This document shows, in pieces, positions 12,550-24,878 of a DNA stretch of 64,000 nucleotides (the first letter of the stretch is position 1; every line of letters starts with the position of its first letter). The notes beneath the pieces are model-generated. The model saw only the letters and a list, made by a program, of their open reading frames with translations. It made no database searches and had not been told where the DNA came from. The stretch lies in assembly GCF_039654945.1 (NCBI RefSeq), contig NW_027361737.1, positions 25,420,001 through 25,484,000 on the forward strand. Reading direction: 5' to 3'. This DNA comes from Dendrobates tinctorius. Its lineage: Eukaryota. The translations under genes were made by a program, and so were the position numbers.

Positions 12550-14733
12550 GTATGTGTGTAGTTTTAATAGGAGTGAGGGGATCATGCATACCAGGATTGG
12601 GGGATGACAGGACCATGCATACCAGGTGTCATGATCCATGCTGGATCATGACAGATGAAATGCACTAGTAACCTTTTTTTTTTCCTTAAAGCTGTGGTGC
12701 TTAGATAGTTTTGCCCCCCGGTGGCCTTTAGGGTCATTGCACTGTGGTGGTTTCAGTTCTAGTTTTGCCCCTGGTGGCCGTTAGGGTCATTGCACTCTGG
12801 TTTCTTTAGTTTAGTGCATGTGATTATAAAGCAGGTGTGATTGCTCTGGCTCTGCTATAAAAGAGTGTCAGGTGTTGCAATCACTGTTGGTGATACTGGT
12901 CATTTCCAACCATCCTTGGTGGAGGAAGGAGCTAGAGAGAGTTCCTTGCAGCACAGAGTCCTGGTGTGGAAGGAGTCACAGGGGATTTCCTTGCAGCTCT
13001 GACAGAGCTTGGTTGCAGCTATTCAGGAGGAAAGCTGCATTCTGGTGGTGGAATCTGTTGCTGGGAGCAATAGCAACAGAGCAAAGCTAAGTAGTGTTTC
13101 CCTGTTTGTATTTTTCCCTGGTGTGTATTAGTACAGCGGTGGGGCCAGTGCCTGCACCACCAAGCTCCCTAGCAAGGGATAGGTGTAGGGTGTGCTAGGG
13201 TCACAGGTTCCGGCTCGGCGACAGGTGAGGAACCTGTATAGGGAACGTTAGGAGTGTTAGGGACTCTGACTCAGGGGAGTGCAGGAGGTCTCCACGTCCC
13301 CGTTCCTATCGCAGGGGCCACCGTTGTAACTGTTTCCCCTTCCCCCTTGTCTTGTTGTTTTAGTTACCGGCCTGCAGGTCGTGTCCCACAGGACCGGTCC
13401 ACGTGACACCAGGATTGGGGGATGAGGGGTACCATGCATACCGGGATGGGGGGGTGAGAGGACCATGCATACCAGGATTGGGGGATGAGGGGTACCATGC
13501 ATACCAGGATTGGGGGATGAGGGGTACCATGCATACCAGGATAGGGGGTCATACATACCATGATAGGGATGAGGGAGTGCCATGCATACCAGGATTGGGG
13601 GATGAGGGGTACCATGCATACCAGGATAGGGGATGAGGGGTACCATCCATACCAGGATAGGGGGTGAGGGGACCATGCATACCAGGATAGGGATGAGGGC
13701 GTACCATGCATACCAGGATTGGGGGATGAGGGGTACCATGCATACCAGGATAGGGGGTCATACATACCAGGATAGGGATGAGGGAGTACCATGCATACCA
13801 GGATTGGGGGCTGAGGGATACCATGCATACCAGGATAGTGGGTGAGGGGACCATGCATACCAGGATAGGGGGGGGGGTGAGAGAACCATGCATACCAGGA
13901 TTAGGGGATGAGGGGCACCATGCATACCAGGATTAGGGGATGAGGGGTACCATGCATACCAGGATTAGGGGATGAGGGGTACCATGCATACCAGGATAGG
14001 GGGTGAGGGGACCATGCATACCAGGATAGGGATGAGGGCGTACCATGCATACCAGGATTGGGGGATGAAGGGTACCATGCATACCAGGATTGGGGGATGA
14101 GGGGTACCATGCATACCAGGATGAGGGGTACCATGCATACCAGGATGAGGGGTACCATGCATACCAGGATGAGGGGTACCATGCATACCAGGATGAGGGG
14201 TACCATGCATACCAGGATGAGGGGTACCATGCATACCAGGATGAGGGGTACCATGCATACCAGGATGAGGGGTACCATGCATACCAGGATGAGGGGTACC
14301 ATGCATACCAGGATGAGGGGTACCATGCATACCAGGATAGGGGGTGAGGGGTACCATGCATACCAGGATAGGGGGTGAGGGGTACCATGCATACCAGGAT
14401 AGGGGGTGAGGGGACCATGCATACCAGGATAGGGGGTGAGGGGACCATGCATACCAGGATAGGGGGTGAGGGGACCATGCATACCAGGATGGGGATGAGG
14501 GAGTACCATGCATGCCAGGATTGAGGAGTGATGGGACCATGCATACCAGGATGAAGAATGGGGTGCCGTGCATACCAGGATTGGGGGGGGGAGTGAGGGT
14601 ACCATGCATACCAGGATAGGAAAGAGGGGTGCCATGCGTATCAGGATAGGAGGGTGGCAGCACATACCAGGATGGGAGACCATATACCAATTAAAATGCT
14701 CGCCACCCGGGCGTAGAACGGGTTCATAGCTAG
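12550..14733 (+). mobile_element. Helitron-like non-autonomous element made mostly of a variable-unit minisatellite
   Basis: Units with core ACCATGCATACCAGGAT (21-31 bp) run 12570-12626 and 13409-14680. The 3' end has hairpin CCCG..CGGG then CTAG|T at 14730-14734. The 5' end is not sharply defined. Confidence 0.6.
12627..13408. mobile_element. Solo LTR (782 bp, probably Gypsy type)
   Basis: TGTCATG...CGTGACA termini with 5-bp TSD CCAGG (12622-12626, 13409-13413); interrupts the minisatellite. Confidence 0.85.
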
Positions 14734-15075
14734 TGTATTATACCTGCAATCAAAGTAAAAAGAAAAAGTAAAAATAAAGTTACTAGGTAAAAAAAAACTT
14801 AAAAAAAAAAAAATAATAAAAATAATAATTAAAAAATCCACTAATAAATACACATTTTTATGTGAAAAATTAAATAAACAAAGTACACGCTTGGTATCGG
14901 CGCGTCCGTAAAAATCCGATCTATAAAAATATCACACTAGTTAACCCCTTAAGTGAGCGCCGTTAAAAAACACAAAAGTAGCAAATTATACTTTATTATC
15001 ATACCAATTCGAAAAAGTGGAATAAACCGCGATCAAAAAGACGAATGGTAATAAAAATATCACTGAAAACGCCAT

Positions 15076-15716
15076 TGTTACAAAACCACTCAGCACCCAG
15101 AATATGTTGTGCAGTTATATGTGTATATATAATAGGTTCCATGTGAGATGCATGTCCCTAATGTATCAGCAGTGTCCGCCCTCCCCCCACCTTTGTAATT
15201 CCCACAGTAAACCTCCGCAGACTTCGGCCACCTGCGGCTTTTGTAATGCATGTCTGGCCTGACGCTTGTCTATTGGCCGGCCCTCTATCTGTGTGATATA
15301 TTCTGTGTCCTGTGAGTAAAGTGTTGTCAGACTGGAAATACATGGAGAAGCAGTGATCTTTTATATGCGCCCATGCACTCAGAGGAATTCCAGCCAGCGT
15401 CATTCATTCAGACTCCAGCCAACGCAGAGCGGACCTCCGAAAACACGGGTTGGTACTGAAAGAGGTACCCCAGCTTGGTAGACCCCGTTACACTGGTGGC
15501 AGCGGCGGGATATGATACCCCTTCTACAGGAGGAAAGGAATGAATGGAAAACAACTACCAGAAGTTAAAGAGGACTACATTAAAAGATCTGGTGGAAGCC
15601 CGAGGGCTGATCGCCAGCAACAAAACAAAAGAGGATTTGATAGCAGCCATCATGGAACCTATTATATATACATATAACTGCACAACATATTCTGGGTGCT
15701 GAGTGGTTCTGTAACA
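15076..15716 (+). mobile_element. LTR-retrotransposon derivative: LTR + tRNA-Leu PBS + gag start + inverted LTR start
   Basis: LTR 15076-15492 (TGTTACA..GTTACA); PBS TGGTGGCAGCGGCGGGAT at 15494-15511; ATG 15544 MENNYQKLKRTTLKDLVEARGL; 15650-15716 is the reverse complement of ~15076-15143; TSD GCCAT. Confidence 0.85.
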
Positions 15717-17284
15717 GCCATCTTGTCCCACAAAAAGCAAGCCACCATACAGCTCCATCAGCGGAAAAATAAAAGTTAAAGCACTGAGAATAAAGGAATC
15801 CTAAAATAGAAAAAGTTTTTATTGTGTAAAAGCGCCAAAACATATAAAAAGCATATAAATGTGGCATAGATGTATTCGTAGTGACGCGAAGAATAAAGCT
15901 GCCTTACCAATTTTACCACATGCGGAACGGAGAAGAAAAAAACAATTCCTGAATTGCTTTTTTTTTTGTTCATTCTGCCTCCACAAAAATCAGAATAGAA
16001 AGCGATCAAAAAATGTCATGTACCCGAAAATGGTACCAATAAAAACGTCAACTCATCCCGCAAAAAACAAGCCCTCACATGACTCTGTGGGCCGAAATAT
16101 GGAAAAATTATAGCTCTCAAAATATGGAGAAGCAAAAACTTCTTAAAAAAAAGCGTCTTTTAGTGTGTGACAGAAGCTAAACACAAAAAAGAGATATAAA
16201 TGTGGTATCTCTATAATTGCACCGACCCGAAGAATAAAGTCGCCTAATCACTTATACCAAACGAGGAACGGTGTAAAACATAAAACCAATTCTTCACCTT
16301 TTGTGGATTTGTTAATTCTGCCTCCCAAAGATCGCAGTAAGGCAATCAGTGGTTTACCCCCACATATGGGGTATCCGCGTACTCAGGACAAATTCTACAA
16401 CAACTTTTAGGGTCCAGTTTCTCCTGTTACTTTTGGGAAAATAAAAAATTGGGGGCAAAAAGATCATTTTTGTGGAAAAAATTATTTTTTATTTTCACGG
16501 CTCTACGCTATAGACTTCTGTGAAGCACTTGGAGGTGCAAAGTTCTCGCCACATATCTAAATAAGTTCCTGGGGGGGGGTCTAGTTTCCAAAATGGTGTC
16601 ACTTGTGGGGGGGGGGGGTTTCCACTGTTTAGGCACATCAGGGACTCTCCAAACGCGACATGGCGTCTGATCTCAATTCCAGCCAATTTTGCATTGAAAA
16701 GGTAAAACGGCGCTCCTTCCCTTCTGAGCTCTGCCATGCGCCCAAACAGTGGTTTACCCCCACATATGGCGTATCAACGTAATCTGGACAAATTGCACCA
16801 CTTTTGTAGTCAAATTTTTCCTGTTACCTTTGAGAAAATAAAAAATTTGGGGCTAAAAGATCGTTTTTGTTGAAAAATGATGCTTTTTTATTTTCATGGC
16901 TCTACGTTATAAACTTCTGTGAACCACACAGCCAGATAAGTTCCTTGGGGGATCTAGTTTCCAAAATGGGGTCACTTGTGGGGTTTCCACTCTTTAGGTA
17001 CATCAGGGGCTCTCCAAACGTGACATGGCGTCCGCTCTCGATTCCATCCAATTTTACGTTCAAAACCTCAAATGGTGCTCCTTCCCTTCCGAGCCCTGCT
17101 GTGCACCTAAAGAGTGGTCTTCCTCCACACATGGGGTATCGTTGTACTCATGAGAAATTGCACAACAAATATTGTGGTTCTTTTTCTCCTGATCCTTGAC
17201 AAAATAAAACAAAAATTGTGTCCGAAGTAAAAATTTTTGTGAAAAAAAAAAAATTAAATGTTAATTTTTCCTTCCACATTGCTA

Positions 17285-17724
17285 AATCATATAACATACC
17301 CTAAAACTAATATTTTATTAATAAAAAACCCACCAGGGTCACACCACAAGTGAACACAGAAAACAAGACAAAAAAGTGTCCAAAAAATACAAAACACATA
17401 AAATTGTGGGGAATATCCTTCATTAGTGGTGCCAGGGTACAATAGGGCCCCTTGGGACAGCCACCGTTGAGCGGGGGCGCCACGACGTTCCCCCTAGGGT
17501 GCCAACCTCCGCGGTTAGGAAGGTGATAACAGGAGACATTAATAGGGACTCCTAGGATATTCCCCACAATTTTATGTGTTTTGTATTTTTTGGACACTTT
17601 TTTTGTCTTGTTTTCTGTGTTCACTTGTGGTGTGACCCTGGTGGGTTTTTTATTAATAAAATATTAGTTTTAGGGTATGTTATATGATTTGTCTTGAGAC
17701 CCTTGAGTATTTAAATTGATTTTT
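17285..17724 (+). mobile_element. Short non-coding retro-insertion with a long inverted duplication
   Basis: Essentially perfect ~135-bp inverted arms (~17284-17419, ~17553-17690); CTTCCACATTGCTA duplicated at 17271-17284 and 17725-17738. Confidence 0.75.
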
Positions 17725-18497
17725 CTTCCACATTGCTACAATTCTTTTGAAGCACCTGAAGGGTTAATAAACTTTTTGAATGCGGTTTTGAGCACCTTGA
17801 AGGGTGCAGTTTTTAAAATGGTGTCACTTTTGGGTATTTTCTGTCATATTGACTCCTCAAAGTGACTTAAATGTGAGGTGGTCCCTAAAACAAAATGGTT
17901 TTATAAATTTTGTTGAAAAAATTAGAAATTGCTGGTCAAATTTTAACCCATATAACTTCCTAACAAAAATTTTTTTTCAAAAATTTGTGCTGAAGTAACG
18001 TAGACATGTGATATTTAAGTTGGAAAATTATGAAATTTTCAACATTTTTTCCAAATTTACATTTTTTTTCACAAATAAACACAAGAAATTTTGAAGAAAC
18101 TTTACTACTGTCATAAAAGTACAATATGTCACGAAAAAACAATCTCTCTTAGAAACAGTGGGATACGTTGAAGCGTTCCAGAGTTATTATAACCACATAA
18201 AGTGACTGGTTAGACTTCAAAATTAAGGCCTGGTCATTAACCTACAAAGTGGCTTGGTCCTTAAGGGGTTAAGACTACTTAAGGACCTTTTGGTTACAAC
18301 ACAGTCAGGTGAACATGATGTCACCAAAGGTCTTTTATCTGCAGGAGTCTAGAAGAAATGAACAGGAGACAGGCTGGTATGCAGGTCAGTCGGACGAGAG
18401 AGCAAACTGGACAATTTCATGGGGCTCACACTCTCCTGCACTTCTATTTCAAGGTTAAAACCACTTAAGAACCTTTGCTGGCGACATGGTCCTGTAA

Positions 18498-18742
18498 GGC
18501 CTGTTTCACACTTCCGTTTTTGTGTCCGCCAAACGGATCCGTTTCCGTTTTTTTGACGGAAACTGATGTAAACGGATCCGGTTTTTTCAAAACGGATCCG
18601 TTTTTTTGACGGATCCGCGGTAACCGCTAATGGAAGTCTATGGGACAAAAAAACGGATCCTGAAAAAAAATGGCGGATCCGTTTTTTTACGGAAACCAAC
18701 GGATTTTGACGGATTTGAAAAAACGGAAGTGTGAAACAGGCC
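18498..18742. mobile_element. Harbinger-type MITE
   Basis: TAA|GGCCTGTTTCACACTTCCG ... CGGAAGTGTGAAACAGGCC|TAA. Confidence 0.85.
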
Positions 18743-18952
18743 TAACCATGTTGGCACCAAAGGTATCTTATCTGCAGGAGTCTAGAGCTGAGGGGGAGAC
18801 AGGCTGGCATGTGCAGTGCGTGTATACAAGTGTATGTGCTGTGTGAGTGTCCATATACATGTCTATGTATGTGCAGTGTATATACATTTGTATGTACCTT
18901 TCTGCTAGAGGTGCACAGAACTTGTAGGATTCCTAATTAAGTGGTGTGCCTT

Positions 18953-20085
18953 TTAAAGGGAACCTATCACGTCGTTTTTCCGCAATAAGCTGCGGCCACT
19001 GCCTTTCGGGGCTTATCTACAGCATTCTATAATGCTGTAGATAAGCCCCCGATCTAACCTGATAGATAAGAAAAATCAGTTTTATTATACTCACCCGGGG
19101 GGTGCAGTGCGGTTCGATGGGCATCGCAGGTCCGGGTCCAGTGCCTCCCATCTTCTTGCAATGTCGTCATCTTCCTTGCTTTATGTCGCGGCTCCTGCGC
19201 AGGCATACTGATCTGCCTTGTTGAGGGCAGAGAAAAGTACTGCAGTGCGCAGGCGCAAGGGCCTCCCTGACCTTTCCCTGCGCATTGCAGTACTTTTCTC
19301 TGCCCTCAACACGGCAGATCAGTATGCCTGCGCAGGAGCCGCGACACAAAGTGACGAGGATGACGACATCGCATGAAGACCTGCGACGCCCATCGTACCG
19401 GACCGCCCTCCGGTGAGTATAATAAAACTGATTTTTCTTATCTTTCAGGTTAAATCGGGGATTTAGGCCTGTTTCACAATCACACTTCAGTTTTTTTACG
19501 TCAGTCCAAATCCGCCAGAGTGTGAAAAAACGGATCTGTTTCTGTTTTGCCACAAGCAGATGTCACAGTATCCGTTTTTGGACTCTGGAAAAGGAGAGAG
19601 AGAGAGATTTCTGGCAAGAAAATTCTTTCGGGCATGCTCAGTGTCAAAAAGCGGATCTGTTGCCGGATTACGTGAAAAAACGGTTGGCAACGGATCCGCT
19701 GCCCATAGGCGACCATTATAACGAATGGCAGATAGCGACGGATCCGTTGCTATCTGCTATTTTGACGCAGCCAAAAAACGTTTCATTGTCTGTCAACTCA
19801 AGTCAGCGGACGCCAAAATTATGGTGGATCCGTCAAAAAACGGATCCAACGGATGACCATCCATCAAAATCCGCCGCTAATGCAAGTCAATGGGGGCAAA
19901 AAAAACGGATCCGCCAAAAAAATGGTGGATCCATTTTTTTTTGCAAAATGGTGGATTTTGACTGATGGCAACAAACGGAAATGTGAAACAGGCCTTATCT
20001 ACTGTATTATATAATGCTGTAGATAAGCCCGAAAGGCAGTGGCCGCAGCTTATTGCGGAAAAACGACGTGACAGGTTCCCTTTAA
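18953..20085. mobile_element. TTAA-target (T2-like) MITE with a nested Harbinger MITE (~19466-19994)
   Basis: TTAAAGGGAACCTATCAC ... GTGACAGGTTCCCTTTAA; long internal palindrome. Confidence 0.8.
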
Positions 20086-20300
20086 TGAATTAGGTTGTCT
20101 CACTCCAGCAGCCCCATTCATTAAGACTGTCCTGCACAATGCCGTTCTAGAATTAACCAGGGCCATTGTTCTCGTTAGCACATTGCCTGGTGTAAACAAG
20201 GGATGTGCTGCCAAATACACATGTATGGGGACAGAATGATCTTAGTGATACTAGTTATATTTATGTTCCAGAATGAGATGAAATGATTATATTTGAATAA

Positions 20301-20680
20301 AGGTACTGTCACACTTAGCGATGTACCAGTGATCCCGACCAGCGATATGACGCGGTCAGGATCGCTGGTACATTGCTAAGTGGTCGCTAGCGAGCTGCCA
20401 CACAGGCAGATCTCACCAGCGACATCGCTGGGGACGGGGGTCACTACTTACGTGTCACACTAGGCGATCCTGACGTCCTCCCGCCCGGCTCGTCGCTTGT
20501 CTCTCCACAGGAAGCTGACGAGGAGAAGCGGTCCTGAACGTTCTCCCGCGATCAGCGATAACCAGCAGGGGGAGCCGGTCGTTGGTAAGTATCAGACACA
20601 GCGATATCGCTACCAATATCGCTATAACGTCACAAGTTATAGCGATATTGCTAGCGATATCGCTTAGTGTGACAGTACCT
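20301..20680. mobile_element. Harbinger-type MITE
   Basis: TAA|AGGTACTGTCACACT ... AGTGTGACAGTACCT|TAA. Confidence 0.85.
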
Positions 20681-22712
20681 TAACTTTAGATAGATTTTTT
20701 GTCCAAGAATAAATGTGGATTGTTGTTCATGGGGGGGAAAAAAGACATCCCCTGAAAATAAGCCCTAATTCATTTTTCGGAGCAAAAAATAATAAAAGGC
20801 CCTGTCTTATATTCAGAGAAACACAATATACTTTTATTGCTCAGAATACAGTATGCAATAACAATGTAAAGTAATAAAATAATAAAATGTAGACACACCG
20901 TGGTACTGATATATAAATTTGATGCATCGATCAAAAAGTAATTTTGAGCCTGTATTGTGAGACTGTTGTTCTGTTCTGACTCCACAGCATCCATTACCTC
21001 CTTGTAAATGTTTGTTTTTTCAATAATTTTTTGAAATTCTTAGAAATAATAATCTGATGGGGCCAAATCAAGACAATATGGCTATAGGTCGCCAATTTCA
21101 AAGCTGGTTTCATTGAGATGTTGCAGGACAATGAGACTTGTGAACGAGCGCATTATAATGCAAAAACAAGACTTTTGTTTAACCCCTTTACCCCCGAGGG
21201 TCGTTTGCACGTTAATGACCGGGCCAATTTTTGCAATTCTGACCACTGTCACTTTATGAAGTTATAACTCTGGAACGCTTCAACGGATCCTGTGGATTCT
21301 GAGACTGTTTTTCGTGACATATTGTACTTCTTGATAGTGGCAAAATTTCTTCGGTATGACTTGCGTTTATTTGTGAAAAACACGGAAATCTGACGAAAAT
21401 TTGGAAAATTTAGCAATTTTCCAAATCATCTAGTAGTGCAGTGATCCTATTGACACATGTGCCTCTAGAGTTTTATACCACTGAGCGGTGAAGAAAGAAT
21501 AAATTAGCCTTAGTGGTAAAAATGTATGTGCCCACGTATGTTGAAAATTCCTGACTAAAAACCGGACTCCTTCCAAGGAAAAACGCTTTTTTTTTATTTG
21601 CGCGCATTTTTTTTACGCGTTTTTTTCCGGAGCATCCACATTCTCATAGAATATAGTTGGAAATGCATTTTTTTTCCACAAAACTAATGAACATGCTGCA
21701 TTTTTTTCCCGCAATGCGTTTTTTTTCCGCAAAAAAAATGCATCATGTGCACAAAAATTGCAGAATGCATTATAAGAATGGGATGCTTAATGTATGCGTT
21801 TCTAGGCGTTTTTGCATGGAAAAAACGCAAAAAAAGCTTACGTGGGCATACAGCCTTAAATTTAGTTTTAGCTCCAGATTTAACATTTTCACATAAGTGG
21901 GTAAAAATGTCACCAAAATTTGTGGAACAATTTCTACTGAATATGGCAATACCCCATATGTGACTGTACAGTACTGCTTAGCCATACGGAGAGACTCGAG
22001 AGGGACGGAGCGCTATTTGCCTCCTGGAGTGCAGATTTTCCTAGAACAGTTTGCAGACTCCATATACAGAGCCCCTAATTGCTAGAAGAGCAGAATCCCC
22101 TTTCAAGTGACCCCATTTAGGAAACTATACCCCTTGGGGAATTTATCTACAGGTGTAGTGACAATTTTGACTCCATGGGTATTTTCCAGAAACAAGCAGC
22201 AATGAATGTTGCCGAGTGAAAATTGGAAGCTCTCGCTGTAGCCGCCAGTGTGCTATGCTCAGCCTGTGCTTCTGGAGGCATACACCCATAAGTTAAGCGA
22301 GCTGTCATCGCTTCAGAAATGTCGTTCCGCGTGTGGTAAAATTGATAAGGCAGTTTTATTTTTCGGGTCAGTATGATTACAGCGATATCACATTTATAAC
22401 GTTTTTTATGTTTTGGCGCTTTTATACAATTAAAACTATTTTATAGAAAAAATAATTTTTGCATTGCTTTATTCTGAGAGCTATTACTTTTTTATTTTTC
22501 CGTTGATGGATCTGTATGGCGGCTTGTTTTTTTTGCGGGACAAAATGACGTTTCAGCTGTACTATGTTTATTTATATTGATCTTTTTGAATGCTTTTTAT
22601 TCCACCTTTTGTTCGGTGGTATGATGATAAAGCGTTGTTTTTTTTGCCTTGTTTTTTATTTATTTTTTTATGGTGTTCACTAAAGGTGTTATCTAGTTGG
22701 CACCCTACAACT

Positions 22713-23428
22713 TGCCAAAGATCTGTCCCCACCATCCTACACTGTGCCAAAGATCTGTCCCCACCACCCTACATCGTGCCAAAGATCTGTCCCCACCACC
22801 CTACATCGTGCCAAAGATCTGTCCCCACCACCCTACATCGTGCCAAAGATCTGTCCCCACCACCCTACATCGTGCCAAAGATCTGTCCCCACCACCCTAC
22901 ATCGTGCCAAAGATCTGTCCCCACCACCCTACATCGTGCCAAAGATCTGTCCCCACCACCCTACATCGTGCCAAAGATCTGTCCCCACCACCCTACATCG
23001 TGCCAAAGATCTGTCCCCACCACCCTACATCGTGCCAAAGATCTGTCCCCACCACCCTACATCGTGCCAAAGATCTGTCCCCACCACCCTACATCGTGCC
23101 AAAGATCTGTCCCCACCACCCTACATCGTGCCAAAGATCTGTCCCCACCACCCTACATCGTGCCAAAGATCTGTCCCCACCACCCTACATCGTGCCAAAG
23201 ATCTGTCCCCACCACCCTACATCGTGCCAAAGATCTGTCCCCACCACCCTACACCGTGCCAAAGATCTGTCCCCACCACCCTACACCGTGCCAAAGATCT
23301 GTCCCCACCACCCTACACCGTGCCAAAGATCTGTCCCCACCACCCTACACCGTGCCAAAGATCTGTCCCCACCACCCTACACCGTGCCAAAGATCTGTCC
23401 CCACCACCCTACACCGTGCCAAAGATCT
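22713..23428. repeat. 32-bp minisatellite, ~22 copies
   Basis: Unit TGCCAAAGATCTGTCCCCACCACCCTACA(T/C)CG. Confidence 0.95.
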
Positions 23429-23682
23429 TAGCTGAAAGTTTTCTAAAAAGCACTCCATATAGCAATCTGCTGGGCTCCTGCTTTGTACCTTGCTTCCCAT
23501 AATGATTAGTTGCCCAACATTTTAAGCTGACAGGTTCCCTTTAAACCATCAACACAAATAAAATATAGTAGAATTTTGCTGATGATTAAATTATCTGATG
23601 ATTGCACATGCTGATGTTGTTTCCCTATAATGGTTTTGTATTTTGATGTTCTAACTTATTTTTTGTTTTTCTATTTCAACAG

Positions 23683-23803
23683 AGAAACTTCTCAATGTCC
23701 GTTAATAGTGCTGCTGTGCTGCGCCTCATGGGGAGGGGCAGTGGTGGAGGAGGGGGAACAGTAGTAGGGGCTCCTAGAGGTCGGAGTTCCTCCAGAGGTC
23801 GAG
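23683..23803 (+). CDS. GIGYF2: GIGYF2 coding exon (RNFSMSVNSAAVLRLMGRGSGGGGGTVVGAPRGRSSSRGR)
   Basis: ttcaacag acceptor and gtaagt donor; 121 nt, phase 0-1; in frame with both neighbours. Confidence 0.95.
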
Positions 23804-23832
23804 GTAAGTTATATTTTTACATTCTCTGTTCC

Positions 23833-24878
23833 TTAAAGGGAATCTGTCACCCCATTTTCGACATATAAGCTGCGGCCACCGCCATCAGGGGCTTTTCTAC
23901 AGCATTCTGGAATGTTGTACATAAGCCCCCGATGTAACCTGAAAGATAAGAAAAACAAGTTAGGCTACTTTCACACATCAGGTTTTTTCCGACAGGCAGG
24001 ATCTGGCTCTTTTTACAAAAACCTGATCGGTTTATATCTGTTTCCTGGGGTTTGGCCAATTGTATCCGAGCATGCGCAGACTTAAACCGGATCCGTTTGC
24101 CGGATCCTTCTTTTTTCCAGATTTGGCGCATTCCGGCACCCATAGGCTTCCATTATAGCAAAAAAACTAAATTTGGCGCTGTCCGGTTTTTCGCCGCAGA
24201 CAAAAAATGTTACTAGAGACGTTTTTTCCAGATGCCGGAATGAAAAATCGGCAAGAAACGGAAGGCCATGCGGCACAATCCTGTGCTAATGCAATTCAAT
24301 GAGCGAAAACCGGATCTAGCGGCAGCTTTAGTCGTCTCCGGTTTTTTAACAAATAGCCGGATCCTGCCTGTCGGAAAAAAACCTGATGTGTGAAAGTAGC
24401 CTTAGATTATACTCACCGGGGGGGGTGCGGTGGGTGTTGCGGTCCGGTCCGGCACCTCCCATCTTCTAGTGATGAAGTCCTCCTCCTTACTTCTGCCGCG
24501 GCTCCTGTGCAGACCTTCTTTATCTGCCCTGTTGAGGGCAGAGTAAAGTACTGCAGTGCGCAGGCGCCTGACCTCTCTGACCTTTCCCAGCGCCTGCGCA
24601 CTGCAGTACTATACTCTGCCCTCAACAGGTCAGATAAAGTACGCCTGCGCAGGAGCCGAAGTAAGGAAGAGGACGTCATTGCACGAAGATGGGAGGTGCC
24701 GGACCGCAACACCCATCGGACCCGGACCGCCCCCAGGTGAGAATAATCTAACTCGTTTTTCTTATCTTTCAGGTTGCATTGGGGGCTTATCTAGAGCATT
24801 ACAGAATGCTGTAGATAAGCCCCTGATGGCGGTGGCCGCATCTCATAGTCCAAAAATGAGGTGACAGATTCCCTTTAA
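23833..24878. mobile_element. TTAA-target MITE with a nested Harbinger MITE (~23963-24401)
   Basis: TTAAAGGGAATCTGTCAC ... GTGACAGATTCCCTTTAA. Confidence 0.8.

Larger units (their letters stand above)
10934..18272. mobile_element. Large non-autonomous TTAA-target DNA transposon with several nested insertions
   Basis: TTAACCCCTTAA ... TTAAGGGGTTAA ends; internal degenerate ~400-bp repeats shared with 21180-22700 and 26050-29049. Confidence 0.65.

Noticed and set aside
13257-14690. Long repetitive ORFs (ILVCMVP, HPGMHGT, YHAYQDEG)
   Set aside because: Translations of the minisatellite in several frames; no gene structure.
22590-23502. Three overlapping 244-281 aa ORFs, and a superficially CRISPR-like repeat
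   Set aside because: Product of a stop-free 32-bp tandem repeat; there are no unique spacers and the context is eukaryotic.
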